DNA from: Verrucomicrobiia bacterium
Lineage (GTDB): Bacteria; Verrucomicrobiota; Verrucomicrobiia; Limisphaerales; UBA1319
NCBI GenBank assembly: GCA_963664225.1
Contig: OY760937.1
Span: 4,640,001 to 4,704,000, forward strand
DNA: 64,000 nt
Reading direction: 5' to 3'
In this document: positions 1 through 7,779 of the stretch, in pieces
Layout: each line of letters begins with the position of its first letter
Position numbering within the stretch: position 1 is the stretch's first letter
Notes under the pieces: model-generated
Told to the model about the DNA's origin: nothing
The model's input: only the letters and a program-made list of their open reading frames with translations
Database searches by the model: none
Position numbers and translations under genes: made by a program

Positions 1-2
1 CG

Positions 3-320
3 GGCCTGCCTTACTGGAACGTGCGCGAGTCATATCCGAAATGGGATGAATGGGACGGAAAGATAGCTGAGTTGCAGCAACAACTTGATGCGCTCGGAAG
101 TGCGTTACATTTCATCTGCACAAACCATCTGGATACCGCGCAACAAATGATGACGACGCCTGAAGCCATTCAGAGGATTCCAGGCGAAGGCGAAGGCGCA
201 AGCGCCTGGCGAGTCTCGTGGAAGCACAAAATACCTGTCGGCGCTGCTGCAATTAAAGGCGGCCAACTCCTCATTATCGTCCACGATTCTGGCAAAGTGG
301 AAAAAGGGTTCAGCGAATGA
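3..320 (+). CDS. Partial hypothetical protein (5' end outside window); first visible member of the leader-repeat gene array
   Basis: Frame is open from position 3 (GLPYWNVRESY...). Its TGA overlaps the next ATG (ATGA 317-320). The C-terminal W-x-V...KGG...I.V..SG.V segment loosely resembles NTF2-fold immunity proteins. Confidence 0.7.
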   Translation, partial: GLPYWNVRESYPKWDEWDGKIAELQQQLDALGSALHFICTNHLDTAQQMMTTPEAIQRIPGEGEGASAWRVSWKHKIPVGAAAIKGGQLLIIVHDSGKVEKGFSE

Positions 321-1417
321 AAACAAACTTCCTCTGTCTCGCGCTCGTTTTGAGCGGTGGTGTGTTCGACTGTTCCCGCATCGTTCGGGCGGACGAAGCT
401 GTTGCCAAAACGGTTTCATCCAATACAGACCTGAGTTTTGAATCGCTTTTGAACGCGGCATTTCCGGGCAGGCAATTGCATGAGCTTAATTTGTATGGGC
501 CGGATGCCCGCCAGTTGTCGAGCGAGCGATGGAATCAACTAGCCGTTGCCGCTGCACGCGAGTTGTCGCTCCAGACAACCAATGGCTTGGTGATAACCAA
601 GGAAACAGTGGCTGGATTGCCTAACGGCTCATTGGCGACCGACTCACCGGAACAAGCCGCGCTTCGCCGATTGTGTTGGAGCAACGAGGAACAGATGACA
701 TTCCTTCGTGATGCGTCGAACAACCGCCTGTTCAATGACGCAGGGGTCATCGGGCCTCTGATCGCCATGCTCGATTATCCCGGGGAGAAAACCATCATCA
801 GACAGGAGGCCGCACAGATTCTGTGCCAGTTGACCCTGCGCGGTCGGCCGGAACAGACGCAGATATACCTCTACGTGGATGGGGAAAACAATCCAAAGCG
901 CCCCCAATATGCTGCGTGGTGGCGAGAGTGGTGGGCAAAAAACAAAAGCAAACATCCCGTTTTCGATTCAACGGTTGAGGCGTTGGTCTCGAACCGCATC
1001 GCAGGCATTGAATTACAGTTGGACAAGGATGTAGCGAAGAATTACTCGGAGTTGAACTATTTGAAGCCCAAATACATTCGATTTGACGTCCATCCAGTGA
1101 ATGTGATTGATGTCAGAGTGGATTCTTCCATCCTCTCAGCAATTGGTTCTCGCACTGCGCCTGATGGAACGTGGCGAGAAGCCGGGGAAGAGGATCACAT
1201 CTATCTTCGCATCACGGCCGGCTTTATAACACCGCCGTTTAGTCCGGTTTCAGACGACACTCCAAAACGTTGGCAATCATTAAAGAAAGAGGTTTTCCGG
1301 GAAACCATCCCGGATACGGATATTGTCATCACGGTTCAGGCAGCCTCGAAGGACGCCGAGTTTGTCCGACAAGTGCGGGCGTGTTTGGCAAAGCTGTCAC
1401 CCATGAAAGAGAATTAA
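317..1417 (+). CDS. Secreted hypothetical protein starting with the array leader (MKTNFLCLALVLSGG)
   Basis: 366-aa ORF with signal-peptide-like N-terminus (cleavage after VRA). Central helical region ends in WWREWWAKNK, HEAT-like. Confidence 0.85.
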   Translation: MKTNFLCLALVLSGGVFDCSRIVRADEAVAKTVSSNTDLSFESLLNAAFPGRQLHELNLYGPDARQLSSERWNQLAVAAARELSLQTTNGLVITKETVAGLPNGSLATDSPEQAALRRLCWSNEEQMTFLRDASNNRLFNDAGVIGPLIAMLDYPGEKTIIRQEAAQILCQLTLRGRPEQTQIYLYVDGENNPKRPQYAAWWREWWAKNKSKHPVFDSTVEALVSNRIAGIELQLDKDVAKNYSELNYLKPKYIRFDVHPVNVIDVRVDSSILSAIGSRTAPDGTWREAGEEDHIYLRITAGFITPPFSPVSDDTPKRWQSLKKEVFRETIPDTDIVITVQAASKDAEFVRQVRACLAKLSPMKEN

Positions 1418-1418
1418 C

Positions 1419-1703
1419 ATGAAGCTGAACCTTGTCCTCTGCCTCGCTCGAGGTTTGCTTTACACATATTGTCTAATTCTCCCGTACGGCCTGTTTGTGG
1501 CTTGGACGGGAATTAGAATGTGGAAAGATCCTCAGGCATCCTGGTGTGAGATTGTTCTTGGCGCTCTTGGTATATCTTTTTACACCTTCGCCACATGGTG
1601 GTATTTCAGCCTGCCCTTGGTCGCCGCCATAGCGTGGTGGTTGTATCTGCGGAGACAGGCCAAGGACTCACTCAACAAGCAATCGCCCCACGCTAAACCA
1701 TGA
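1419..1703 (+). CDS. Small membrane protein with partial array leader (MKLNLVLCLA)
   Basis: 94 aa with 2-3 hydrophobic segments. Starts 1 nt after the upstream TAA; its stop overlaps the next ATG. Confidence 0.8.
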   Translation: MKLNLVLCLARGLLYTYCLILPYGLFVAWTGIRMWKDPQASWCEIVLGALGISFYTFATWWYFSLPLVAAIAWWLYLRRQAKDSLNKQSPHAKP

Positions 1704-1738
1704 AACCCAAACTCATCCTCTGCCTCGCGCTCGTATGA
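1700..1738 (+). other. 12-codon mini-ORF consisting only of the leader repeat (MKPKLILCLALV*)
   Basis: ATG at 1700 overlaps the upstream TGA; its TGA (1736-1738) overlaps the ATG at 1735. Confidence 0.75.
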
Positions 1739-2160
1739 AACCATATTTTACTTCCATTGCTTTAGGCGTGGCAGCGTCCGCGATAGGCAGTGCCATCCTC
1801 GCGTCTGGTTCTGCCATAACCGCCGGGGCGACAAAGCATGTTTTGGAGGCATGGCCGTGGCTATTTTCTGTTTCTGTCATTCCCTGCGCGATTCTTCCAG
1901 CAATTGTCCTCCGGCTTGGTTCTAAAGTTTCATTTCGTGGCGGGCATTTTCTCTGCGTCTTCCTGCTCGCCTTTGCTGCCGTGGCCTTGGCTGGTTCTGC
2001 CGGCATTGTTATTGTGGAATCCGCGAGACGCGGCATCGCCAACGTAAATGTTTCCGGATATTTGGTTTGGTGCTGGGTCTATGCAATTGCTCTGCTGCCA
2101 GTCTCTTATCCTTTGGCGGCACTGGTTCTTTACCTTTCCGAAAAGAGACGCGAGCCATGA
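1735..2160 (+). CDS. Hypothetical membrane protein (about 4 TM)
   Basis: 141 aa with four hydrophobic stretches; ATGA overlaps at both ends. Confidence 0.8.
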   Translation: MKPYFTSIALGVAASAIGSAILASGSAITAGATKHVLEAWPWLFSVSVIPCAILPAIVLRLGSKVSFRGGHFLCVFLLAFAAVALAGSAGIVIVESARRGIANVNVSGYLVWCWVYAIALLPVSYPLAALVLYLSEKRREP

Positions 2161-2546
2161 AACCGAAAATTACCCTCTGCCTCGCGCTTGTTTTGAGCGG
2201 CGTTTTGCTCGGCTGCTCAACCAGCAACCGACATTCTGCCACGGCTTCTGTGTTGAACCACGGGCAGTCGGCTGTAGAGATAGTTCTCGCCGGCCACCAT
2301 TTTGCGCCTCCCACTACCGTCCGAGGGACAGGCGACGTCGTGTGGACAATTGCGGCAAGGCCACGCTCAAATTCCGCCGTCGAAATAGCGCAGGTTGAGA
2401 CGCACCCGGATGGTCGAATCACGGTCGAGATTTACAGTTGCCAGTATGTCGCGAGCGAGTGGGCCAGGCTTGGTCCCAAGTTTGCCGATCCCGGCCTGAA
2501 ACAGGAGGCAATGACGATGCTAGACCAGATTCTCAGAATACCATGA
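2157..2546 (+). CDS. Hypothetical lipoprotein with full array leader
   Basis: MKPKITLCLALVLSGVLLG-C lipobox; ATG 2157 overlaps the upstream TGA; 129 aa. Confidence 0.85.
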   Translation: MKPKITLCLALVLSGVLLGCSTSNRHSATASVLNHGQSAVEIVLAGHHFAPPTTVRGTGDVVWTIAARPRSNSAVEIAQVETHPDGRITVEIYSCQYVASEWARLGPKFADPGLKQEAMTMLDQILRIP

Positions 2547-3043
2547 AACCCAAACTGTCGCCTTACCACTTTCAACGCCGTCGGCCTGGTGCATTGGATC
2601 ATCTGCAGATTGCGGAAGCAACGGCGCAGGCGGTTGCCGAAATTCGCGCTCTGACCGGCTGGCTCTTGAGGGAAGGTTGCCCCGCCGTGGCGCTGTGGGG
2701 CTTTTCGCTAGGCGGACGATTGGCGGGATTAACAGCATGCCGCGATTCGCGGCTGGCCGCTATCGTTCTGACCAAACCCGGCGTGCGCAGCAATCTCTCG
2801 TTCCCAGAACTGGTCCTCTGGCGTGGCATTCGGGAAACGTTGCAGGGGCAGCGCGCGGAGTGGGCGGCGTTGAACCTGACCTCGTGGACTCTGACCTCGG
2901 CCCAGCCAGCCATCCCCAAGGAGAACATTTTGTTGATCGAAGCGGTCCATGACTTGTTGACGCCGAGAGAACCCCTCGTAAAGGGGTTCGCCCATAGAAC
3001 GGTGCGGTTATGGGCGCACATGGACGATGAAAAGGGTGGGTGA
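2543..3043 (+). pseudogene. Truncated alpha/beta hydrolase fused to the first 14 nt of the array leader
   Basis: Nucleophile elbow WGFSLGG and later AVHDL are present. At 166 aa it lacks the N-terminal strands, and the 3' end runs into two hairpins. Confidence 0.7.
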
Positions 3044-3054
3044 ATGAGGTCTTG

Positions 3055-3082
3055 AATGGACAATGGATAATTGACAATTGAC
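3055..3082 (+). repeat. Heptamer tandem repeat x4
   Basis: AATGGAC AATGGAT AATTGAC AATTGAC. Confidence 0.7.
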
Positions 3083-3096
3083 CAAGGTGGATAAGA

Positions 3097-3165
3097 ATGC
3101 CGCTCCGCTGGAGCTTGGGTTTTGTCGTTGTTCGATTTCTATAAACATGCCACTCCTACGGAGTT
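3097..3165 (+). repeat. REP-like palindrome doublet, same family as 17128-17230 and 17744-17846
   Basis: ATGCCGCTCCGCTGGAGCTT ... CTATAAACATGCCACTCCTACGGAGTT. Confidence 0.75.
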
Positions 3166-3549
3166 TCTGATTGCGGTCCACCGGGCGGAGGCATCCGGAA
3201 CATCCGCAGACGAGGACGCCCCCCGGCCATGACCGTTTCAAGCGATCCTCCGCAAGGAGTGGATTCTTGCGTTCAACCGGTTGACCACGGGTTGACTGCA
3301 GTTTGAATGGCCAGGATGAACAGGATGGGGAGTGGATAAGGAGGAGGCATCCGCAGATGCCCGACCATCGCCGCGCGGATTGGCACGGAGCGATTTCTGA
3401 TTGTCTGAAATCACGACTTCCTGGTTGGTGGTGAGTGCGGGATGCTCTCCACCGGCGAGCCGATGCAGTTCGCCGCCGACCTGGGGTTGCGGGTATGAGC
3501 CATGGGGGAAGTGTTCGATGCGAGCGGGAGATTGTTTGAGCAGACCCGG

Positions 3550-4803
3550 CTATTTTTCGCCCAGAGAATTTCGCGCCAGCCTTTCCAGGTCTGCGTCTGT
3601 CGCGTTGGGAAGAAAGCGCTTTCGATACAGTTCATCATGCAATATCTGCAAAATAGCGACCAGGGGCGCCGCGACCAAAACACCCAGAACACCGAAGGCA
3701 GCCACACACAAAAGCATGGAAAAGATGACTGCCGTGGAATGCAGCTTCATGCTGCGCGCGATGATCAGTGTGGAGATCACATTATTTTCCAGGAGCTGTA
3801 CGGCGAGATACGCGAGGAGAACCCAGAGGGGAGTCCATCCTCCCTTGGTCAGAGCGAACATGAGGGCGGGCAGGGCGCTGAGGATGGGGCCGATATAGGG
3901 AATGGCTTCGAGGACACCCGCGATGAGTCCCAAGACCAAGGCATCGGTAAAACCCAGGAGGGGCCACATCAGCACAAAAACCAAAAGACCGACGGCCAGC
4001 ATCGACAGAGCAGTGGCCAATGCCCAGCCCGGCACAAATTTTGCTATGCGTTGCATGATGGTCAACGTCTGAGCGTGGTGGCGCTCGGGGACCAGAGAAA
4101 AGATGGCCCCGAAAATCGGGCGGGGGTTCATGAGCGTATAAGTCACGCCAAAGAAGACGGTCCCCAGAACGAACAGAATCTGGGCCACATTGAACGCCAC
4201 GGCCGTAAAGCGGCCGGCCACTCCCTGTAGCGTCTGGCTTAAACTGGAACGAATCGAGCCGGTCGCCGTTGTGGTTTTGTCCGGAGTCGGCTCGCTGGCG
4301 GGCGCGACTTCCGGCTTGTCCGATTTCGTCGGGGAACTTGAAATTTCGGAAGTGACTTCGGCCTGAATTTTGTCCTCGGAATGAGCCGCCTGGCGCTCCA
4401 ATTTGATCAAGGGCTTTTGAATCCGCGCCCAGTAAACCGGAAACTCATCCGATAGCTTTGAGAACGAGGTTTTCAATGGCGCGAAAAAGGCCAGTCCCGT
4501 CAGGGCGAAAAGCGCTATCATTGAGGCCGCAAGGATCGCTGTGGTGATTTTTCTCCCGCCCGTCAAAGCTCGCATCCTGGAAATGATTGGATTGACGGCA
4601 AGTGAAATCAGGAGAATGAGCAGAAACGACAGCAGAATGGGTGACAACAGCGAGAACGTCTGGATGAAAGCAAAGGACGCCGCTCCCAGCAGCACATAAA
4701 ACGAGGTCGAATGCGGATTCGCTTCTTTTCTCAAGTGGCCGGGCATTTCATCTTTTTCCCAAGTTATTTTGCCGTCCGACGGTGCGGCTTGCGGTGTTCT
4801 CAT
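3550..4803 (-). CDS. AI-2E (PerM/UPF0118) family transporter
   Basis: IPYIGP and QLLENNVI...M.LH motifs, multi-TM. Start could instead be 4746. Confidence 0.9.
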   Translation of the reverse strand: MRTPQAAPSDGKITWEKDEMPGHLRKEANPHSTSFYVLLGAASFAFIQTFSLLSPILLSFLLILLISLAVNPIISRMRALTGGRKITTAILAASMIALFALTGLAFFAPLKTSFSKLSDEFPVYWARIQKPLIKLERQAAHSEDKIQAEVTSEISSSPTKSDKPEVAPASEPTPDKTTTATGSIRSSLSQTLQGVAGRFTAVAFNVAQILFVLGTVFFGVTYTLMNPRPIFGAIFSLVPERHHAQTLTIMQRIAKFVPGWALATALSMLAVGLLVFVLMWPLLGFTDALVLGLIAGVLEAIPYIGPILSALPALMFALTKGGWTPLWVLLAYLAVQLLENNVISTLIIARSMKLHSTAVIFSMLLCVAAFGVLGVLVAAPLVAILQILHDELYRKRFLPNATDADLERLARNSLGEK

Positions 4804-5082
4804 AGTGGTTGGCCAGGACGAGAAGATGCTTCCCGTCCGGTTTGGTAAAATGGTCGCGAGGACGTTTTGCCATCTTTTCAGCCGTGATCCTACGAACAGG
4901 CGGGACGGCCCGAAGCGTCCTGGTCCTTAACACCTGCCGCTGTTTATCCACCTCCTGTCACCCTTTGAGCCGGTTCGATTTCCCGGTTGAGAAACATCGC
5001 AGGATGGAATTGGCTCCGGGCGGGGCCGCCTGGAAAATTTGTGTTTTCCAAACCCACTTGAAGGGCGGATGGAGGATGAAAT

Positions 5083-5269
5083 TCATTTACGAAACATTTT
5101 TGCCACGAAGAAGATGACGATGGCCCCCAAAAGTCCTCCGCCTCCCAGGAGATATGGCGGCTTTGGCCATTTTTGGCAATGCCTGGACGATTCGGCGCTC
5201 AGCGTCATACATGTCCGCGAGTTCGTCCAAGAACAAATCTTTAAGAACTTTTTTGTTCGTTGTGTTCAT
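5083..5269 (-). pseudogene. DUF892/YciF ferritin-like N-terminal fragment joined out of frame to the tail of a small membrane protein
   Basis: LKDLFLDELADMYDAERRIVQALPKMAKAA stops matching after about 38 aa; another frame then reads YLLGGGGLLGAIVIFFVAKMFRK*. Confidence 0.8.
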
Positions 5270-5339
5270 AGGTCTATAAAGGGTGGGGCAAGCCCCCTGT
5301 GGCCGAGTCCTCCCGACCGCAAGGGGCGCCCCGGCCGTT

Positions 5340-5924
5340 TTAGTGGAAGACCGAGTGAGTTACCTCGGATTTAGTACCCGGGCGATCGGCGGCCCGGACT
5401 TCCTTGGATGTGGACGCTTCACCGGAGGTGCAGATGTCCTGCGCTCCCGCTTTGGTGAATATGTCCCTGGCCCGTGTAATCTCCTCCGAACTTTCGGTGT
5501 GGACCGACAGGAGAAGGTTGCCGGCCTTGACCTTGCCTTCGTAGCGTTTGGCTTCGAACTCCGGAATGCCCAGACCGATCAACCCTCCGGCGATACCACC
5601 GACGGTGGCTCCAATGGCCACACCGCTTAACGCGGCGATAATGGGGCCGGCCGCGATGAACGGCCCGACGCCCGGAATCGCCAATGCCCCAATCCCTGCA
5701 ATCCAGCCCAAGGCACCACCGATGACACCACCGGTGCCCGCACCGGCGACAGCGCCTTCGGGGGCTTTGGTGTTCTTCTCATGTGCGAAATCGCGAGTCG
5801 TTCCCTTGTCCGGGAACAGGACGGAAATGTCGTTATTGGAGAAGCTGGCGTTTTTGAGCTGATCGACAATGCGGTCAGCCTGGTCGCGGGAGGTGGCCAA
5901 ACAGAATACGGATGTTTTAGACAT
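5340..5924 (-). CDS. General stress membrane protein (YflT/DUF3341-like, glycine zipper)
   Basis: GALAIPGVGPFIAAGP and GLIGLGIPEFEAKRYE motifs. Confidence 0.85.
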   Translation of the reverse strand: MSKTSVFCLATSRDQADRIVDQLKNASFSNNDISVLFPDKGTTRDFAHEKNTKAPEGAVAGAGTGGVIGGALGWIAGIGALAIPGVGPFIAAGPIIAALSGVAIGATVGGIAGGLIGLGIPEFEAKRYEGKVKAGNLLLSVHTESSEEITRARDIFTKAGAQDICTSGEASTSKEVRAADRPGTKSEVTHSVFH

Positions 5925-5972
5925 ATGCTTAAGTGCTTTCTTTTGTTTGTTAGAAATTGAAGACGGAACTAA

Positions 5973-7490
5973 TCAAGGCTCCTCGGGAAGTTTGACGTCC
6001 AATTGGTTGTCAACATTCCCGGCGTGCGCGATTCGATCCGCGATTTCACCGATGAGACGTTTTTCCTCTGCGGTATTGACGGGTCCACGTAATGTAACTT
6101 TGCCTCCATTACTGATGATTTTTATGTTTTTGGCATTCACAGACATTCCTTTGTCGGCGATGATTTCTTTGCGGATCTGGGCCGTGGTAGCGATGTCGGC
6201 CACGCTATTGCCCTGGTCAAGCGGGGTTAGTGTCTTCGTTCCGCGATCACGAACGTTGCGACGGGTGTTGTCCGCGTCAGTCGAAGTTTCGTTGCGAATC
6301 TGAGCGTTGGTATTGATGTCGGTCGTGCCATTGCCCTGTTCAAGGGGCGTTAGTGTCTTGTCGTCGCGATCAGGAACATTGCGATCAGCGTTGTCCACGT
6401 CAGTCGAGGTGTCGTCGCGCATCTGAGCGTTGGTATTGATGTCGGTCGCGCCATTGCCCTGTTCAAGTGGCGTTAGTGTCTTGTCGTCGCGATCACGAAC
6501 ATTGCGATGGGCGCTGTCCACGTCGGTCGAGGTTTCGTTGCCGAAGTAGGGCTCGACTTTGTAGGCGCGGTAAACACCACCGGCATAGGCAGGCTGGCCA
6601 AGATCGGGCCATTCGTTGGCCTTGAAATGCGGCGAAGCGGACAGCATTTCTTTTGAGGTGTTGAGCTCAAGGCTGTCATGGCTCGCATTGTATTGAAAGG
6701 CCGTAGGCGGAACCGCGCTTAATTCGTCGCCCAAACCGATGAATCCACCCGATGAGATAATGACGGCAACGATGCGGCCTGCCGACAGATCCAGGACGAT
6801 GTTTTCCACCTTGCCGAGCTTGTCACCCTGAGGATTTTTCACCTGCGTGCCCATAAGCTTGCTTGCTTTTTGAACGTAACCCAGGCTTGCCCGCTCAGGT
6901 CTGGCTTGTTTGTCACGCGCATTGAGTTGCCCGGGTGATGTTGCATCGGCTCCGATTGTCCCATCCTTGTTCGTTGTCCAATCCCCATCATGAGCGGCCA
7001 TGAAGTAAGGATTTTCGCCATAATAGCCATAGACTTCGGCCAATCGATTGGATTGCGTCAACTCCTCCCACTTGGTGGTGTCAAACTTGGGCGCCGCGCC
7101 CAGTTTTTCCCTGGTGATGTCCAAATGAAGGACTTTGTTTGCGGAATCATAATGCAACGAGCGCGGAGGTACTGCGTTGAGCGTGCTGCCCATGCCGAGG
7201 AATCCGCCGGAGGAAAGAATCACCTGAACGATTCGCCCGGACTCCATATCCACGCCCAAGTCCTCCACCTTGCCGAGTTTTTCGTTCTGATTGTTTTGAA
7301 CCACCATACCGATGACGTCGCTGGATTTGATCGCAGCGATTAACCGTTCCGGGCGTTGGTTCTGGAGCATGCGCCTGCCAGGGCGGTCCGATTGGTCGGC
7401 CATGGAATCAGGCGCTTCTTGTGCCAGTGCTGCAATCGTCAAGACGGATGCCGCCGAGGCACTCACAATTAATCTAATATTTCGTTTCAT
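5973..7490 (-). CDS. Secreted protein with two PRC-barrel domains and a C-terminal BON domain
   Basis: Two KLGKVE...GGF.G.G units and C-terminal VTLRGPV...EK..I...A....NVDNQL. Signal peptide present; alternative starts 7496/7505. Confidence 0.9.
   Translation of the reverse strand: MKRNIRLIVSASAASVLTIAALAQEAPDSMADQSDRPGRRMLQNQRPERLIAAIKSSDVIGMVVQNNQNEKLGKVEDLGVDMESGRIVQVILSSGGFLGMGSTLNAVPPRSLHYDSANKVLHLDITREKLGAAPKFDTTKWEELTQSNRLAEVYGYYGENPYFMAAHDGDWTTNKDGTIGADATSPGQLNARDKQARPERASLGYVQKASKLMGTQVKNPQGDKLGKVENIVLDLSAGRIVAVIISSGGFIGLGDELSAVPPTAFQYNASHDSLELNTSKEMLSASPHFKANEWPDLGQPAYAGGVYRAYKVEPYFGNETSTDVDSAHRNVRDRDDKTLTPLEQGNGATDINTNAQMRDDTSTDVDNADRNVPDRDDKTLTPLEQGNGTTDINTNAQIRNETSTDADNTRRNVRDRGTKTLTPLDQGNSVADIATTAQIRKEIIADKGMSVNAKNIKIISNGGKVTLRGPVNTAEEKRLIGEIADRIAHAGNVDNQLDVKLPEEP
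6172..6541 (-). repeat. Intragenic 123-bp (41-aa) tandem repeat x3
   Basis: GTTAGTGTCTT recurs at 6226, 6349 and 6472; peptide unit TSTDxDN..RNVRDRDDKTLTPLEQGN...DI.T.AQIR. Confidence 0.9.
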
Positions 7491-7724
7491 TTTCATTTTA
7501 CTCATTTGTTTCGAGGTGAGCCCCCTCATTCTCACTGCTGGCAAACTAGGTGCGGAGCAAGGCTGGCACCATGGGGTGTTATCCTACTGGAGTCCCGACG
7601 GAGGGAATGGATACTGGACAATGAAGTTTCGGGATGAAGGATGGACAGGATGGGAGAAGGGCGGAAGCGATAATGGAGGAGGAAGTGGGGTTCGGATTGG
7701 ACTAATCAGGACGGAATCACCCAC

Positions 7725-7757
7725 AAAAAAGCGCCCTCCGAATGTGGAGGGCGCTTT
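7725..7757 (-). terminator. Rho-independent terminator
   Basis: AAAGCGCCCTCC/GGAGGGCGCTTT hairpin with a T-run on the minus strand, downstream of the HEAT gene. Confidence 0.85.
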
Positions 7758-7779
7758 GCAGAATTAATTGAATCGGGGC

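Larger units (their letters stand above)
317..2556 (+). repeat. Dispersed direct repeat at gene junctions, five copies: 317-358, 1419-1447, 1700-1734, 2157-2200, 2543-2556
   Basis: ATGAAAACAAACTTCCTCTGTCTCGCGCTCGTTTTGAGCGG; ATGAAGCTGAACCTTGTCCTCTGCCTCGC; ATGAAACCCAAACTCATCCTCTGCCTCGCGCTCGT; ATGAAACCGAAAATTACCCTCTGCCTCGCGCTTGTTTTGAGCGG; ATGAAACCCAAACT. Confidence 0.9.

Noticed and set aside
1..3043. Classical integron cassette array
   Set aside because: There is no intergenic space and no RYYYAAC...GTTRRRY attC palindrome between genes, and no intI in the window. The repeat is coding and direct.
7571..7587. Imperfect palindrome ATGGGGTGTTATCCTAC upstream of the stress cluster as a regulator box
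   Set aside because: Single weak occurrence in the window; cannot be supported without a genome-wide motif search.
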